A stretch of DNA of 64,000 bases from Dehalococcoidia bacterium. GTDB lineage: Bacteria; Chloroflexota; Dehalococcoidia; Lucifugimonadales; GCA-2712585. Where the stretch lies: the NCBI GenBank assembly GCA_965221895.1, contig CBDCSX010000002.1, forward strand, positions 1,595,366 to 1,659,365. Direction: 5' to 3'. The notes below the pieces were generated by a model. It did no database searches. It saw nothing but the letters and a program-made list of their open reading frames with translations, and was not told the origin of the DNA. Made by a program: the position numbers and the translations under genes. Positions 49,124 to 58,907 of the stretch are shown piece after piece (position 1 is the first letter of the stretch; each line of letters starts with the position of its first letter).

Positions 49124-49540
49124 ATGGTAGGCTCAGAATCAGGGACAAGTGATTTGGGATTCTTCACAGTTCGTAAAATTTGGCCGGCGTTACTCTTCTT
49201 GCCTACTGGAGTCGGGATCGCACTCGCCTTCACCTTACTGCAATCCATCGATACATGGCTTCAAATTCTGGTTGCGGCGATAACAATGGGGACTTCTTTT
49301 CTTGCTGGGGTGTTCTCAACGGGTCTGGGGATTGCGTTACTTCTGCCTGTTGTTGTGCTGGCTAGTCTTTTGGTGGCTTTCAGACTTTTCGGGGCGCCGT
49401 CTACTGACGTTGAACCTATAGGTTTCGCGATTCTACTTTCTCTCATCTATGGAGGTGTGGCGTACTTTGCCTTCGGGGCGGGATGGATAGTGCGCGGGTT
49501 GCTTGTCGGATTCCACGAGGGAAATAACCGGCAACGTTAG
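49124..49540 (+). CDS. Small polytopic membrane protein, hypothetical; lower GC; true start uncertain
   Basis: 3-4 predicted TM helices. Confidence 0.4.
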   Translation: MVGSESGTSDLGFFTVRKIWPALLFLPTGVGIALAFTLLQSIDTWLQILVAAITMGTSFLAGVFSTGLGIALLLPVVVLASLLVAFRLFGAPSTDVEPIGFAILLSLIYGGVAYFAFGAGWIVRGLLVGFHEGNNRQR

Positions 49541-49630
49541 AGCGGCAAACTCCCTCGTTTGACTTGCCGTTCTGCCGATGGTAGCGTTCAAACATAGGGG
49601 TACTCGCCCCATCCACTTTCCTAACGGAGG

Positions 49631-50089
49631 TTGTGCCAGGTGTACACCAAGAAAATCCTCGGCCTGGAAGAGAGCCAGGCCGCCATTGCCGCCATGATTG
49701 CCGAGTTCCAGAAGAATCCGGAGAACCCGCCCGCTGCTTTTGCAGTGGTGGACGAAGTGGGGCATCTGCTGGCGTACGCCCGCACCGACGGTTCCCGCCC
49801 CATCATCTCCCGGAACGCCATCAAGAAAGCGTACACCGCCGCCCTGCGGGGCATGACCACCGAGACCTTCTTCGAGGAGATGAACCATCGGGGTTGGCGT
49901 GTAGGCGACATGGGAGACCCTATGCTTATCGCCGTTCCCGGCGGCGTGCCGGTCATTGACCCGTCGGACGGCGCGGTCCTGGGTGGCGTGGGCGTCGCCG
50001 GCCTTCCCCCAGGCCCCGGCGACGACGACATTGCCGAGGTGGGCGTCAAGGCTACGGGCTTTTCGCCAATCCCCATTAAGCCCGGCTAA
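49631..50089 (+). CDS. GlcG/HbpS-family heme-binding protein (DUF336), second copy
   Basis: 'AFAVVDEVGHLLAYARTDG...GGVGVAGLPPGPGDDDIA'. Confidence 0.65.
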   Translation: MCQVYTKKILGLEESQAAIAAMIAEFQKNPENPPAAFAVVDEVGHLLAYARTDGSRPIISRNAIKKAYTAALRGMTTETFFEEMNHRGWRVGDMGDPMLIAVPGGVPVIDPSDGAVLGGVGVAGLPPGPGDDDIAEVGVKATGFSPIPIKPG

Positions 50090-50189
50090 TTCCGTTGCTC
50101 GCCGAGGCTCTTTCCTTCACCCCAAGGCAAGGGCGTGGGAATCCGACAGTTAACCTCATCCCGTATAGATTATAAAGAGGTGAGCGGCC

Positions 50190-50927
50190 ATGCTGGAATT
50201 CTTCGGGCATCTTGAAAGACTCGCCTCGGACCTCTACCCGTGGCGGTGGCTCATCATGGCCATCGTCCTGCTGGTGGTCGCCGCCGTACTCCACTACGCC
50301 TACAAGCGGGGCTGGCACACCTACGCCTGGGAGCGGAGGGTGCGCTTCGGAATCATCGGCGCACCCGTGCTGGCCCTGCTGCTGTTCATCGCGTGGGACC
50401 TGGGTTCGCCCCTGTTCATCAACAAGACCGTCGAGGAGGAATTCCCCTTCGCCTTCTCCGCCCAACCGCCCGCAGAGGTGACGATGGAGGAAGTGGAGAT
50501 GGCAATGGAGGTTATGGCGAAGGTGGACTCGCCCGCAATGGAGGCGATGCCTGAGGCGATGATGATGCCCGCAGCCCCGGAAAGGCTCAAGTCGGGAATG
50601 TTCAGCGACCGGGACAGGATACACAAGGGCAGCGGCGAGGCGATAATCTATCGGGCTGAAGACGGCTCCCACCTGCTGCGGCTGGAGAACCTGAACGTCA
50701 CCAACGGGCCGGACCTGCACGTTTTCCTTTCCCCGCATACCGACCCAAGTGACCGGGACGACGTGATGTCTCCTGGATACTTCAGTCTGGGGCCGCTGAA
50801 GGGCAACCAGGGCAACCAGAACTACCCAATCCCATCGGACCAGGACGCGGCGGCGGTGGGGAGCGTCATCATATACTGCAGGCCTTTCCACGTGATATTT
50901 ACAATCGCGCCTCTGACGGAGGGATAG
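50190..50927 (+). CDS. Membrane-anchored DM13 domain protein
   Basis: 'NGPDLHVFL...LGPLKGNQGNQNYPIP...VIIYCRPFHVIF' is a DM13 signature. Two N-terminal TM helices. Confidence 0.65.
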   Translation: MLEFFGHLERLASDLYPWRWLIMAIVLLVVAAVLHYAYKRGWHTYAWERRVRFGIIGAPVLALLLFIAWDLGSPLFINKTVEEEFPFAFSAQPPAEVTMEEVEMAMEVMAKVDSPAMEAMPEAMMMPAAPERLKSGMFSDRDRIHKGSGEAIIYRAEDGSHLLRLENLNVTNGPDLHVFLSPHTDPSDRDDVMSPGYFSLGPLKGNQGNQNYPIPSDQDAAAVGSVIIYCRPFHVIFTIAPLTEG

Positions 50928-50955
50928 GGCGTCACCAACACGCGGGCGGGTCGGG

Positions 50956-51125
50956 GAGCCTGTTTCAGAAGTCGGATCTCTCCGTGAATTGGACCTTCTG
51001 GATTCCGGCTTTCGCCGGAATGACGGATCTTGGGGCCATATTCCATGTTCCCCGTCGGGGAGTCGTAGAAAATCGTCTTAACATGCTTAGCATATATCAT
51101 GGGTGAGGACTTATGAAACAGGCTC
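50956..51125. mobile_element. MITE copy 1 (170 bp)
   Basis: TIRs GAGCCTGTTTCAGAAGT...ACTTATGAAACAGGCTC. The first ~85 bp are identical to copy 2. Confidence 0.65.
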
Positions 51126-51169
51126 CACGGCCCGTCCCTATCAGAACGGGGGGTGGGGCGCCGGTTGGG

Positions 51170-51310
51170 GGGATGGGTTTCATTGTTGTTGTAGAGATGA
51201 TTCGTTTTGGGGTGACTCGTTTTGCTGTGTGGTGGAAACGAGTGGTGTTTTCCTTCGTAATTGGGGACTCGTTATTTGCTGTGGTGAAAACGAATGGGGC
51301 TTTAACCGTA
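51170..51310. repeat. Cluster of short G-flanked hairpins with GACTCGTTT / AAACGAGT stems, lying between the two MITE copies
   Basis: Examples: 'gactcgttttgctgtgtggtggaaacgagtgg' and 'ggggactcgttatttgctgtggtgaaaacgaatgg'. The same motif family occurs at 59455-59650. Confidence 0.5.
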
Positions 51311-51533
51311 CTTTAACCGTAGACGTAGCAACGCTGGATGGCCATGAGCCTGGCAGGGGCATGGACAGCGCGGAGGAGGAGTTCAGTGGAGCCTTCGATG
51401 ACGTTATGATTTCGTCTATATGTTTCATGGAAGGAAGGGTAAAGGGGAGTGCGGGTTAGTGGCAAGGAGGAGTTGTCACTATTGGGAGGAATGAGGCGGG
51501 TTGGGATGATTTGGGTGAGAGGGCTGGTTTAAA

Positions 51534-51705
51534 GAGCCTGTTTCAGAAGTCGGATCTCTCCGTGAATTGGACCTTCTGGATTCCGGCCTTCGCCGGAATG
51601 ACGGGATTAGAGGCCATATTACCAAATATAGAATTAGAATCAGCGTCGATAATTGTCTTGCCACGCTTAACATAAACCATAGGTTAGGACTTCTGAAACG
51701 GTCTC
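51534..51705. mobile_element. MITE copy 2 (172 bp)
   Basis: TIRs GAGCCTGTTTCAGAAGT...ACTTCTGAAACGGTCTC. Confidence 0.65.
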
Positions 51706-51774
51706 CAAGGGTCGCCCCTACGGGGGACGGGAAGTTCTGACACCTTCCTGCTAGTATGAGACAATGGCCCGGCC

Positions 51775-53073
51775 ATGCTCATCCGTCCTTTTCTGAACAT
51801 ATACCAACGCTTCAGCGGCTCCTTCTATGGCTGGAAGTTGGTGGGCCTCAGCTTCTTCATGCTCACCCTATCCTCCCTGGTATCCTTCCAGGGGGTGGGG
51901 ACTTTCGTCGTGGCCCTGGAGCGGCAATTCGGTTGGAGTCGCACTGTCCTTTCCGGGGCCTTCGCCCTAACGCGCGTTCAGGGAGCAGCCCTTGGACCCA
52001 TCGAAGGGGTGCTCATCGACAAGTTCGGCCCCCGCCGGATGGTCATGGCGGGATTCATCGTCATGGGGATCGGGTTCGTTCTTTTTTCACTTGTGGGAAA
52101 CGCCTGGCAGTTCTACATTGCCTTCGTTGTCATCAGCCTGGGCGCGGGGCTTGGGGGATGGCTGGCCATGATTGCCGCCGTCACCAACTGGTTCATCAAG
52201 CACCGCGCGATGGCCCTCTCCCTTGGCATGTCGGGCACCCACGTGGCCGGACTGCTGGTGCCTCTGCTGGCGCTCGGAATCGAGGGCTATGGCTTCGAGA
52301 AGGTGGCGCTTGGGATCGGCGTTGTCCTGCTGGTCATAGCCATTCCCGCCGGGCGGCTGGTCAAGAACTATCCGGAAGAGTACGGACTGGTCCCCGACGG
52401 CGAGCCCGCGCCGCAGGAGTCCGAAGACCCGTCCAAGCCCAGTGCCCCGTCGGACCCTGAACCGGCTTTCACCGTGAAGGAGGCGCTACAGACCCGCGCC
52501 TTCTGGTTCATCGCCTTCGCCCACATCGCCTCGGCGGTGCCCATTGTCACTTTGTCCATCCACCTGGTGCCCAAACTGACAGACATCGGCCTGTCTCTGA
52601 GCATGGCGGGCGTAGTGGTGGCTCTATATACAATAGTGGCGCTGCCCTTCCAGTTCCTCTCGGGCTACCTGGGCGACAAGCTGCCCAAGCCGCCACTCAT
52701 CTTCCTATTCCTCACGCTGCAGGCCATCGCGCTGCTGGTCATTGCCCAAACAAACAGTATCGCCGGAGCGTTACTTTTCGCCGTGCTGTTCGGCATCGCC
52801 TTCGGCGGGCGGATGCCGCTGCTCTTCTCCATAAGGGGGGAATACTTCGGCCGCAAGTCCTTCGCGACGATTATGGGGATGTCACAACTGCCGTCGAACT
52901 TACTGATGATAGGCGCGCCGCTGTTTGCGGGGATCATGTTCGACGCGACGGGTTCTTATTTCATACCCTTCACATTCTTCGCCGGGTTCACTTTCGTGGG
53001 GGCGTTTCTGATTCTGTTTGCGAAGAAGCCGATACCCAAAGAGCCGCAGCCGAAACCCTGGGAAACGGGCTAG
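51775..53073 (+). CDS. MFS transporter (OFA/Nar-like MFS_1)
   Basis: 12-TM pattern with a central loop. ORF 51756..52460 is a frame artefact. Confidence 0.7.
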   Translation: MLIRPFLNIYQRFSGSFYGWKLVGLSFFMLTLSSLVSFQGVGTFVVALERQFGWSRTVLSGAFALTRVQGAALGPIEGVLIDKFGPRRMVMAGFIVMGIGFVLFSLVGNAWQFYIAFVVISLGAGLGGWLAMIAAVTNWFIKHRAMALSLGMSGTHVAGLLVPLLALGIEGYGFEKVALGIGVVLLVIAIPAGRLVKNYPEEYGLVPDGEPAPQESEDPSKPSAPSDPEPAFTVKEALQTRAFWFIAFAHIASAVPIVTLSIHLVPKLTDIGLSLSMAGVVVALYTIVALPFQFLSGYLGDKLPKPPLIFLFLTLQAIALLVIAQTNSIAGALLFAVLFGIAFGGRMPLLFSIRGEYFGRKSFATIMGMSQLPSNLLMIGAPLFAGIMFDATGSYFIPFTFFAGFTFVGAFLILFAKKPIPKEPQPKPWETG

Positions 53074-53888
53074 GTGCCGATGCGCGGGCCGGCGGTGCAG
53101 GCCTCTCGGAGGGTCTCCAACACCGACAGGATGGCCAGGTAGCTGGTGCGGGGATTACGGTCGTGGGGTCGGTTCTCCAGGGTGAACCGCATGACGCCAA
53201 AGCTGCCGCGAGCGTAGATCTGGTGCACGTTGCCGGGGGATTCCGGGTCTGCCACCACCTTCACGCGGGTTTTCTCCGGCCCAAGGCCTGCCAAGCTAAG
53301 GGTGGCCCCGACGTTGACGTTGGCGGGAAAGAGCTTGATGGCCTCCAGGGCCGAACCATCGAATATCACCTGCGCTTCCGTTATCTCTTTGGACTCCCAC
53401 TCCTTGAAGCCGGGAGCGCCCATGAGACCTCGCGGAGGCTTCGTGGTGGTCAGGACTACTTCTTCCAGAAGGCCCCGCGTTGCGCGAATGGCGTCGATGC
53501 CCCCCAGGGCGCCGGTGGGGATAATGAAGCGAAGGCCCTGCTTTTCGGCGAGGTCGGCAAGCCTCTGGAAGAGGGCCGTATCCGTGAGGGCGCCGGAGCT
53601 GACGACCATCAGGTCCTTGCCGGCGGAGAGCACCTTCTCCGCGTGGGCTTTTACGGCGCTGGGAGAGGCACACTCGACCACCATCTCCATCCCTGGGGCC
53701 GCCAGGAATTCATCCATGTCGGTGAAGGCGGGAATCGCGCCGCCCAACTGCTGGGCCAACTCATTGGCAATGGCGGCGTCCATGTCAAAGAGGGCGGCTA
53801 TCTCAGCGCTCCCCACGCGCCCACCGGAAACCTCGGTGGCTATCTCCGTGCCGATGGCCCCGCAGCCAATCAAACCAATCTTCGTCAC
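53070..53888 (-). CDS. nadX: L-aspartate dehydrogenase
   Basis: 'KIGLIGCGAIG' and the DUF108 aspartate-dehydrogenase C-domain; ~270 aa. Confidence 0.7.
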   Translation of the reverse strand: MTKIGLIGCGAIGTEIATEVSGGRVGSAEIAALFDMDAAIANELAQQLGGAIPAFTDMDEFLAAPGMEMVVECASPSAVKAHAEKVLSAGKDLMVVSSGALTDTALFQRLADLAEKQGLRFIIPTGALGGIDAIRATRGLLEEVVLTTTKPPRGLMGAPGFKEWESKEITEAQVIFDGSALEAIKLFPANVNVGATLSLAGLGPEKTRVKVVADPESPGNVHQIYARGSFGVMRFTLENRPHDRNPRTSYLAILSVLETLREACTAGPRIGT

Positions 53889-54020
53889 TTCACCCTCGCT
53901 ATCGGTAGTCTGAACTCTGCGATTTTCGTACTGACGGCCATCACCGCAGCCCCCTTGGGCAAGAAACCGCGAACCTCTGGGATTATAGGAGCGGCCCTCT
54001 CAAGCGGTCAAGCAGCGCAG

Positions 54021-54314
54021 CTATAGGGACACGATGACCTCAACATCGTAGTCTATCACCTCCACCTCAGCCCTTTGACGGACGATGAAGTCCACCACGG
54101 ATTGCAGGGTCTTGTCGGCGTGGGGAGCGCGATTGCTAACGCAACAGACGCCGATGGTCAACTTCTGCCACAAGTCGTTGTCGTCCACCTCGGCGATGGC
54201 CACGTTGAACTTATTGGAGACCAGGGCAATAAGGGAGCGGGATATCCGGCGCTTGGCCTTCAGGCTCTGTGCCCCGTGAAGCCGCAGGGATAGACGGCAA
54301 ACGCCCACGTTCAT
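54021..54314 (-). CDS. DUF503 family protein
   Basis: ~97 aa with a 'LHGAQSLKAKRRI...FNVAIAEVDDND' pattern. Confidence 0.55.
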   Translation of the reverse strand: MNVGVCRLSLRLHGAQSLKAKRRISRSLIALVSNKFNVAIAEVDDNDLWQKLTIGVCCVSNRAPHADKTLQSVVDFIVRQRAEVEVIDYDVEVIVSL

Positions 54315-54504
54315 GACCGAAGTCTCCAGTGGGATATGGAGGGAGTATCGAAGCCATCAGCGGCGTTTAGGTGGCCCGCGAACATGCGCAACATGAAGGG
54401 CAGTATAGTCGGCGGCTTCAGGGGCCACAAGCCAGACCCGATTCGTTCGTCGGCGTTGTGCCAGGGGCCGACTTGCAATAGACTCTGAAGCCGGAGGAGC
54501 AACT

Positions 54505-55485
54505 TTGGACGTTCTATTCGACCGCGGCATATACCTGCCGAGTCTTGACCTGTGGCTGGATTCCAAGAGGAAGCAGCCTATCGGCTACATTTCCCACGCC
54601 CACGCCGACCACACCGCCGCCCATAAGAGGCCCATACTCACGCCCGCCACGGCGATTCTCCTCCGCAAGCTGGTGCGCCGCTCCGAGCCACACACGCTGG
54701 AGTACGGAGAAGTGTACGACGCACCCCATTATTCGCTAACCCTCTATCCCTCGGGACACTGCCTCGGTTCGGCGCTGGCGCTGGTGCAATGCAAAGCGAC
54801 GGGCGAGCGCGTCCTCTACACCGGCGATTTCCGGGCAAAGCCGAATCCCACCGCCGAACCCCTGGCCACGGTGCCTTGCGACGTGCTCATAATGGAGTCC
54901 ACCTACGGCAGAGAAGACTACGTGTTTCCGCCCCAGGAAGAAGTTCTGGAGCGGCTTTTTCGAAGCATGTCTCAATGGCTGGAGGCTGGAGGCGTGCCCG
55001 TGGTGCTCGCCTATCGGATGGGCAAGACGCAGGAATTGCTGCATCATCTGCTGGCCCGCGGCTTTCGGGCAGCCCTGGAGGAAGCAGCCTACGAGGTGAC
55101 CCGCAGCTACGAGGAAGCGGGTGTGCGGTTTCCAAAAGACTATCGCGCCTTTGACGGCACAGTCCGGGACGGCGAGGTACTGATCTTCCCGTCGGGACGT
55201 CGAACTAAGACGACGCTGTCGGGCGTCAGAAACAAGCGGTACTTCGGAATGTCCGGCTGGGCGTTGAACGGACACAGGGAGCACTGGCTGGGCGCGGACG
55301 AGTCGTTTCCCTTCAGCGACCACGCCGATTATACGGAGCTGCTGGCATACGTAAAGGCCGTGGGCGCCCGGCAGGTCTACACCGTCTACGGCTTCCCGGA
55401 CCTGGCCCAACATCTCAGGACCATGGGGTACGAGGCAACGCACTTGGAGAAGGCGACGTCCAGCGTGCAGTTGAAGTTTGCCTGA
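54505..55485 (+). CDS. MBL-fold/beta-CASP-like metallo-hydrolase, resembling the ligase-associated DNA-damage-response exonuclease family. No ligase or helicase gene is adjacent.
   Basis: 'YISHAHADHTAAH', 'GHCLGSA' and 'GDF' metallo-beta-lactamase motifs. Confidence 0.5.
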   Translation: MDVLFDRGIYLPSLDLWLDSKRKQPIGYISHAHADHTAAHKRPILTPATAILLRKLVRRSEPHTLEYGEVYDAPHYSLTLYPSGHCLGSALALVQCKATGERVLYTGDFRAKPNPTAEPLATVPCDVLIMESTYGREDYVFPPQEEVLERLFRSMSQWLEAGGVPVVLAYRMGKTQELLHHLLARGFRAALEEAAYEVTRSYEEAGVRFPKDYRAFDGTVRDGEVLIFPSGRRTKTTLSGVRNKRYFGMSGWALNGHREHWLGADESFPFSDHADYTELLAYVKAVGARQVYTVYGFPDLAQHLRTMGYEATHLEKATSSVQLKFA

Positions 55486-55532
55486 CGCGGCGGGGTGTCG
55501 TCGGAAACTACTGGATATAAGGAGGAAAAGAA

Positions 55533-55850
55533 ATGATACGGCTAACTGTTCTCTACCCAAACCTCAAGGGTTCCCACTTTGACTGGGACTACTACATCAA
55601 CGTTCATACGCCCCTGGCGCAGAAGCGCTTCGGCAAGACGGTCCTCAAGTGGGAGGTAGACCGGGGTGTGGAGGGGGAAGAGTCGGGGCAGCCAGCGCCC
55701 TACCAGGTTGCGGCCTTCATTACCTTAACTTCACTGGAAGACTTCCGGAGAATCTCGAAGGAGCACGGCAAGGAGTTGAAGGGAGACTTTCCCAACTACA
55801 CGAACGTCTACCCCCAATTCCTAATCAGCGAAATCTCCTTCAGCGAGTAG
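55533..55850 (+). CDS. EthD-domain protein (TIGR02118 family)
   Basis: 'MIRLTVLYPNLKGSHFDWDYYINVHTPL' N-terminus. Confidence 0.65.
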   Translation: MIRLTVLYPNLKGSHFDWDYYINVHTPLAQKRFGKTVLKWEVDRGVEGEESGQPAPYQVAAFITLTSLEDFRRISKEHGKELKGDFPNYTNVYPQFLISEISFSE

Positions 55851-55876
55851 ACGGTCGTCGGTTTGGCGTATTCCCG

Positions 55877-57394
55877 TCACCTAGAGATGTTGGGCGTCTT
55901 CGCGGAATCCGGCTGCTGGGGGGAGAGACTGAAGTCTCGGGGAAGGAACACCGCCGCGGCCACGCCCAGAACCAAAACCACCACCACCACCAGTCCGGCA
56001 TGGGATAGGGCCACGGCGAAGGCCTCCGCCTGGGCGACGTTGCCCACCGCCGGGCCGAAGGTCTGCACAGCGTCATAGTCCGTCGTCAGGTCCCTCTCGG
56101 CCAACCCTACCCTCAGCGAAGTGAGAAACACCGACGACACTAGCGCTATGCCCAGGGTGGCCGAAACGTTCTGGGTCATGTAGACGATGCCCGAAGCCAC
56201 GCCGGCCTTGTTCACCCCCAGCGAGTTGACCAGAACGGTGGTGGTAGTCACGAAGGCGGCGGCTCCGCCCACGCTGGCCAGCAGTAGGCTTATCAGCAGG
56301 GATCCATAGGTGGAAGACGCGTCGAAAGTCAGCCAGACCAGGGCGGCGGCGCAGGCAATGAGCATGCCCGCTATCATGGGCCATCGCGGTCCGAAGTTGT
56401 CTACAATCTTCCCCCAAACCAGTGTGGCCACCACGATGGCCCCGCCGGCGGGCAGAAACAGCAAGCCGGCTTCCAGTGCGTCCTTGTGCAGGAAGTCTTG
56501 CAAATAGATGGTGCTCATGAATATCACCGGCACGAAGGCGAAACCGATGGCGAATCGCACCAGAATCCCAACGCTGAAGGCCCGGTTGCGGAAGAACCTC
56601 GGGTCTACGATGGGATACTCTAGGCGGGCCTCCGTAAACGCCAGAGTCACGATAGAGACAGCTGCTCCGGCGAACAGCAGCAGCGTCATCGACGACGCCC
56701 AACCATTTTCGTTGCCGCTCACAATGGCCAGAGCCAGCGTTAGCACTGAAACGGCGATGAGGACCACGCCCAAGTAGTCGATGCGCCGGTCTATGGACTC
56801 GTCCCGCGACTCCTTCACGGTCAGAAGGATAATGACCACGGCCGCCAATACCACCGGTATGTTCAGCAGGAAGATTGCACGCCACTCCAGGAGCGAGGTA
56901 AAGGCTCCGCCGATGAGCGGCCCGGCGATAAACCCCAGGGCTCCGATGCTTCCCCAAAGGCCGATGGCCGTGCCCATGTTCCTGTTCTGGTAGGCCGCCG
57001 TCAAGACCGAAAGGGAGGCGGGCATCATCATTGCGCTTCCCAATGCCTGGATCACCCGGGCCGTCAGCAGCGTTTCGATGTCCACGGAGAAGAACCCCAC
57101 CAGCGAGCCGACGGCGAAGAGGACCGCCCCGGCAACAAGGAACCGCTTGCGCCCGAAGATGTCCCCCAGCTTGCCCCCTACGATGACCAGCACGGCAAAG
57201 GTGAGGGTGTAGGCCTTGATGACCCAGCCCCTCTCCACCAGGGTGACCTCGAAGTCTCGCTGAATGGAAGGCAGGGCCAGGTTGATGACGGTAACGTCGA
57301 GCGCCACCAGAAAGGCGGTAAGACAGGTGGCCAGCAGGATGAGGCGGCGCTTCAGGTCGTCAGACACTTCAAAGGAGGCAAAAGAGGCAATCAA
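55877..57394 (-). CDS. MFS transporter, DHA2 (EmrB/QacA) 14-TMS type. The start is uncertain: the ORF extends to 57511 but the N-terminal ~40 residues are Arg-rich and not protein-like.
   Basis: 'DDLKRRLILLATCLTAFLVALDVTVINLALPSI' DHA2 motif and 14 hydrophobic segments. Confidence 0.7.
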   Translation of the reverse strand: MIASFASFEVSDDLKRRLILLATCLTAFLVALDVTVINLALPSIQRDFEVTLVERGWVIKAYTLTFAVLVIVGGKLGDIFGRKRFLVAGAVLFAVGSLVGFFSVDIETLLTARVIQALGSAMMMPASLSVLTAAYQNRNMGTAIGLWGSIGALGFIAGPLIGGAFTSLLEWRAIFLLNIPVVLAAVVIILLTVKESRDESIDRRIDYLGVVLIAVSVLTLALAIVSGNENGWASSMTLLLFAGAAVSIVTLAFTEARLEYPIVDPRFFRNRAFSVGILVRFAIGFAFVPVIFMSTIYLQDFLHKDALEAGLLFLPAGGAIVVATLVWGKIVDNFGPRWPMIAGMLIACAAALVWLTFDASSTYGSLLISLLLASVGGAAAFVTTTTVLVNSLGVNKAGVASGIVYMTQNVSATLGIALVSSVFLTSLRVGLAERDLTTDYDAVQTFGPAVGNVAQAEAFAVALSHAGLVVVVVLVLGVAAAVFLPRDFSLSPQQPDSAKTPNISR

Positions 57395-57422
57395 TCTCCC
57401 TGGCGGGTGATGCCGATTCGGC

Positions 57423-58766
57423 CTAAGCCCTCTCTCCTTCCGTAACAGGCACCGCGACAATGGGCGGCGGCGCGGCCTCCTGCGGTAAGCCGGGCCGGCC
57501 CTTCTTCTCACGAATAGTCAGAATGAGGATGGTGGCAATCACCAGCAGAACCAGGTTAGACCAGATCGCAAGATCGTAGGTCCCCCGAGCGTCGAATAAA
57601 TAGCCGCCCAAGGCGGCACCCATGCCGGACCCGAGTGGCATGACCGCGAACATGGTCCCATAGATTGTCCCCAAATGCTTCAAGCCAAACTTGTCGGAGG
57701 CAAAGGCGGCGGTGAGGGCTACCACTGCGTTCCAGGACAGCCCCACCAGGATGATGCCTGTCAGGAGAGTCCCCAGCCCCATAGCGGGTATACCGAGGAA
57801 GGAAATCCCCATGGAAAGAAGCACCAGCACGAAGCCGACACAACGCAGGGCGTAGGAGAAGCTGAGGAATGACCTGCGACCATGCCTATCGGAGAGATGT
57901 CCCAGCACGAGAGCGCCCAGGATGGCGCATCCGCCGATGAGGCTGAAGCTGCCGGCGGCTATCAACCGGCTGTACCCGAGGTCGGTGATGTAGGCCACGA
58001 AGTGAGCGTTCACGAAGCTCATGGTGTAGCCTCATACGAAGTAGCCGAAGGTTAGCTTCCAGAAGAAGGGCGTCTTGAACGCTTCGACAAAGGTAGAATC
58101 CCGAAAGGCCAGGGCAGGGCTGCCACTCTGTCCGTCGGCGCTAACGATGGTTGGAGGCGCGCCTTCGGGCTTCAGGCCCACGTCTTCGGGGCGATTCTTT
58201 ATGAACAGCAAGCCTATCGGGAAAATGACCAGCAGCAACAGGATGCCAAGGAATTGGTAGGCTTGCTGCCAGCTGAACCACTCCACGAATACGGACGACA
58301 CGGGCACTAGCACCATGCCGCCGATGGCGCCGCCGCCGTTGATGAGTCCCAAAGTCAGCCCGCGTCGCTGGAAGAACCAGGAGCTGACAATCTTGGTCAG
58401 AGTCGGCCCCGCCGCCAGGGTGAGGCCGATGCTCATGACGGCAAATATGGCAAAGAGGTGTACCAGGGTCTGGATGTAGGGCAGAAGCAGCAGCATGACG
58501 CCGACTATGGCGATGCCGATGAGGGCCACGGCCTTGGGGCTGTATCTATCGGCTAAATACCCACCCAAGGGCCGCAGCAGGCCGGAAAGCATGAAGGTTG
58601 TGCCGAAGGCGGTGGCGAGGACGGCGCGGCTCCAGCCGAACTCCTCCGTCATGGGCTTGAGGAAGACGCCGAAGGAGAAGTGGCTGCCCGACGCGCCGAA
58701 GACGATGAAGGCGCAGGCAAAGGTAACTATCCAGCCGTAGTAGAGGTTTCCCCGGTTCAACAGCAT
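57423..58766 (-). pseudogene. MFS transporter (OFA-like) interrupted by a single in-frame TGA at 58032-58034. It is either a pseudogene or a recoded site.
   Basis: Minus-strand read '...KLTFGYFV-TGA-GYT-MSFVNAHFVAYITD...'. The halves of 244 aa and 199 aa are each ~6 TM, together making one 12-TM transporter. Confidence 0.6.
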
Positions 58767-58907
58767 GACAAGGCTATCTTAAGACAGTAGCGGCGGGGAT
58801 GACAACGCCTTTAACTACGCAAGGCGTGGAAAGGTGGGGGCCAGAGTGCGCCGGTTGGGTGGGGATGGTAGAATGATTGGGAAACATATGACGCAAGGAC
58901 GTGAAAG

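Noticed and set aside
51170-51310. Considered CRISPR for the hairpin repeat clusters (also 59455-59650)
   Set aside because: Spacing and loop lengths are irregular, stems are only ~9 nt, and there are no unique spacers of uniform size.
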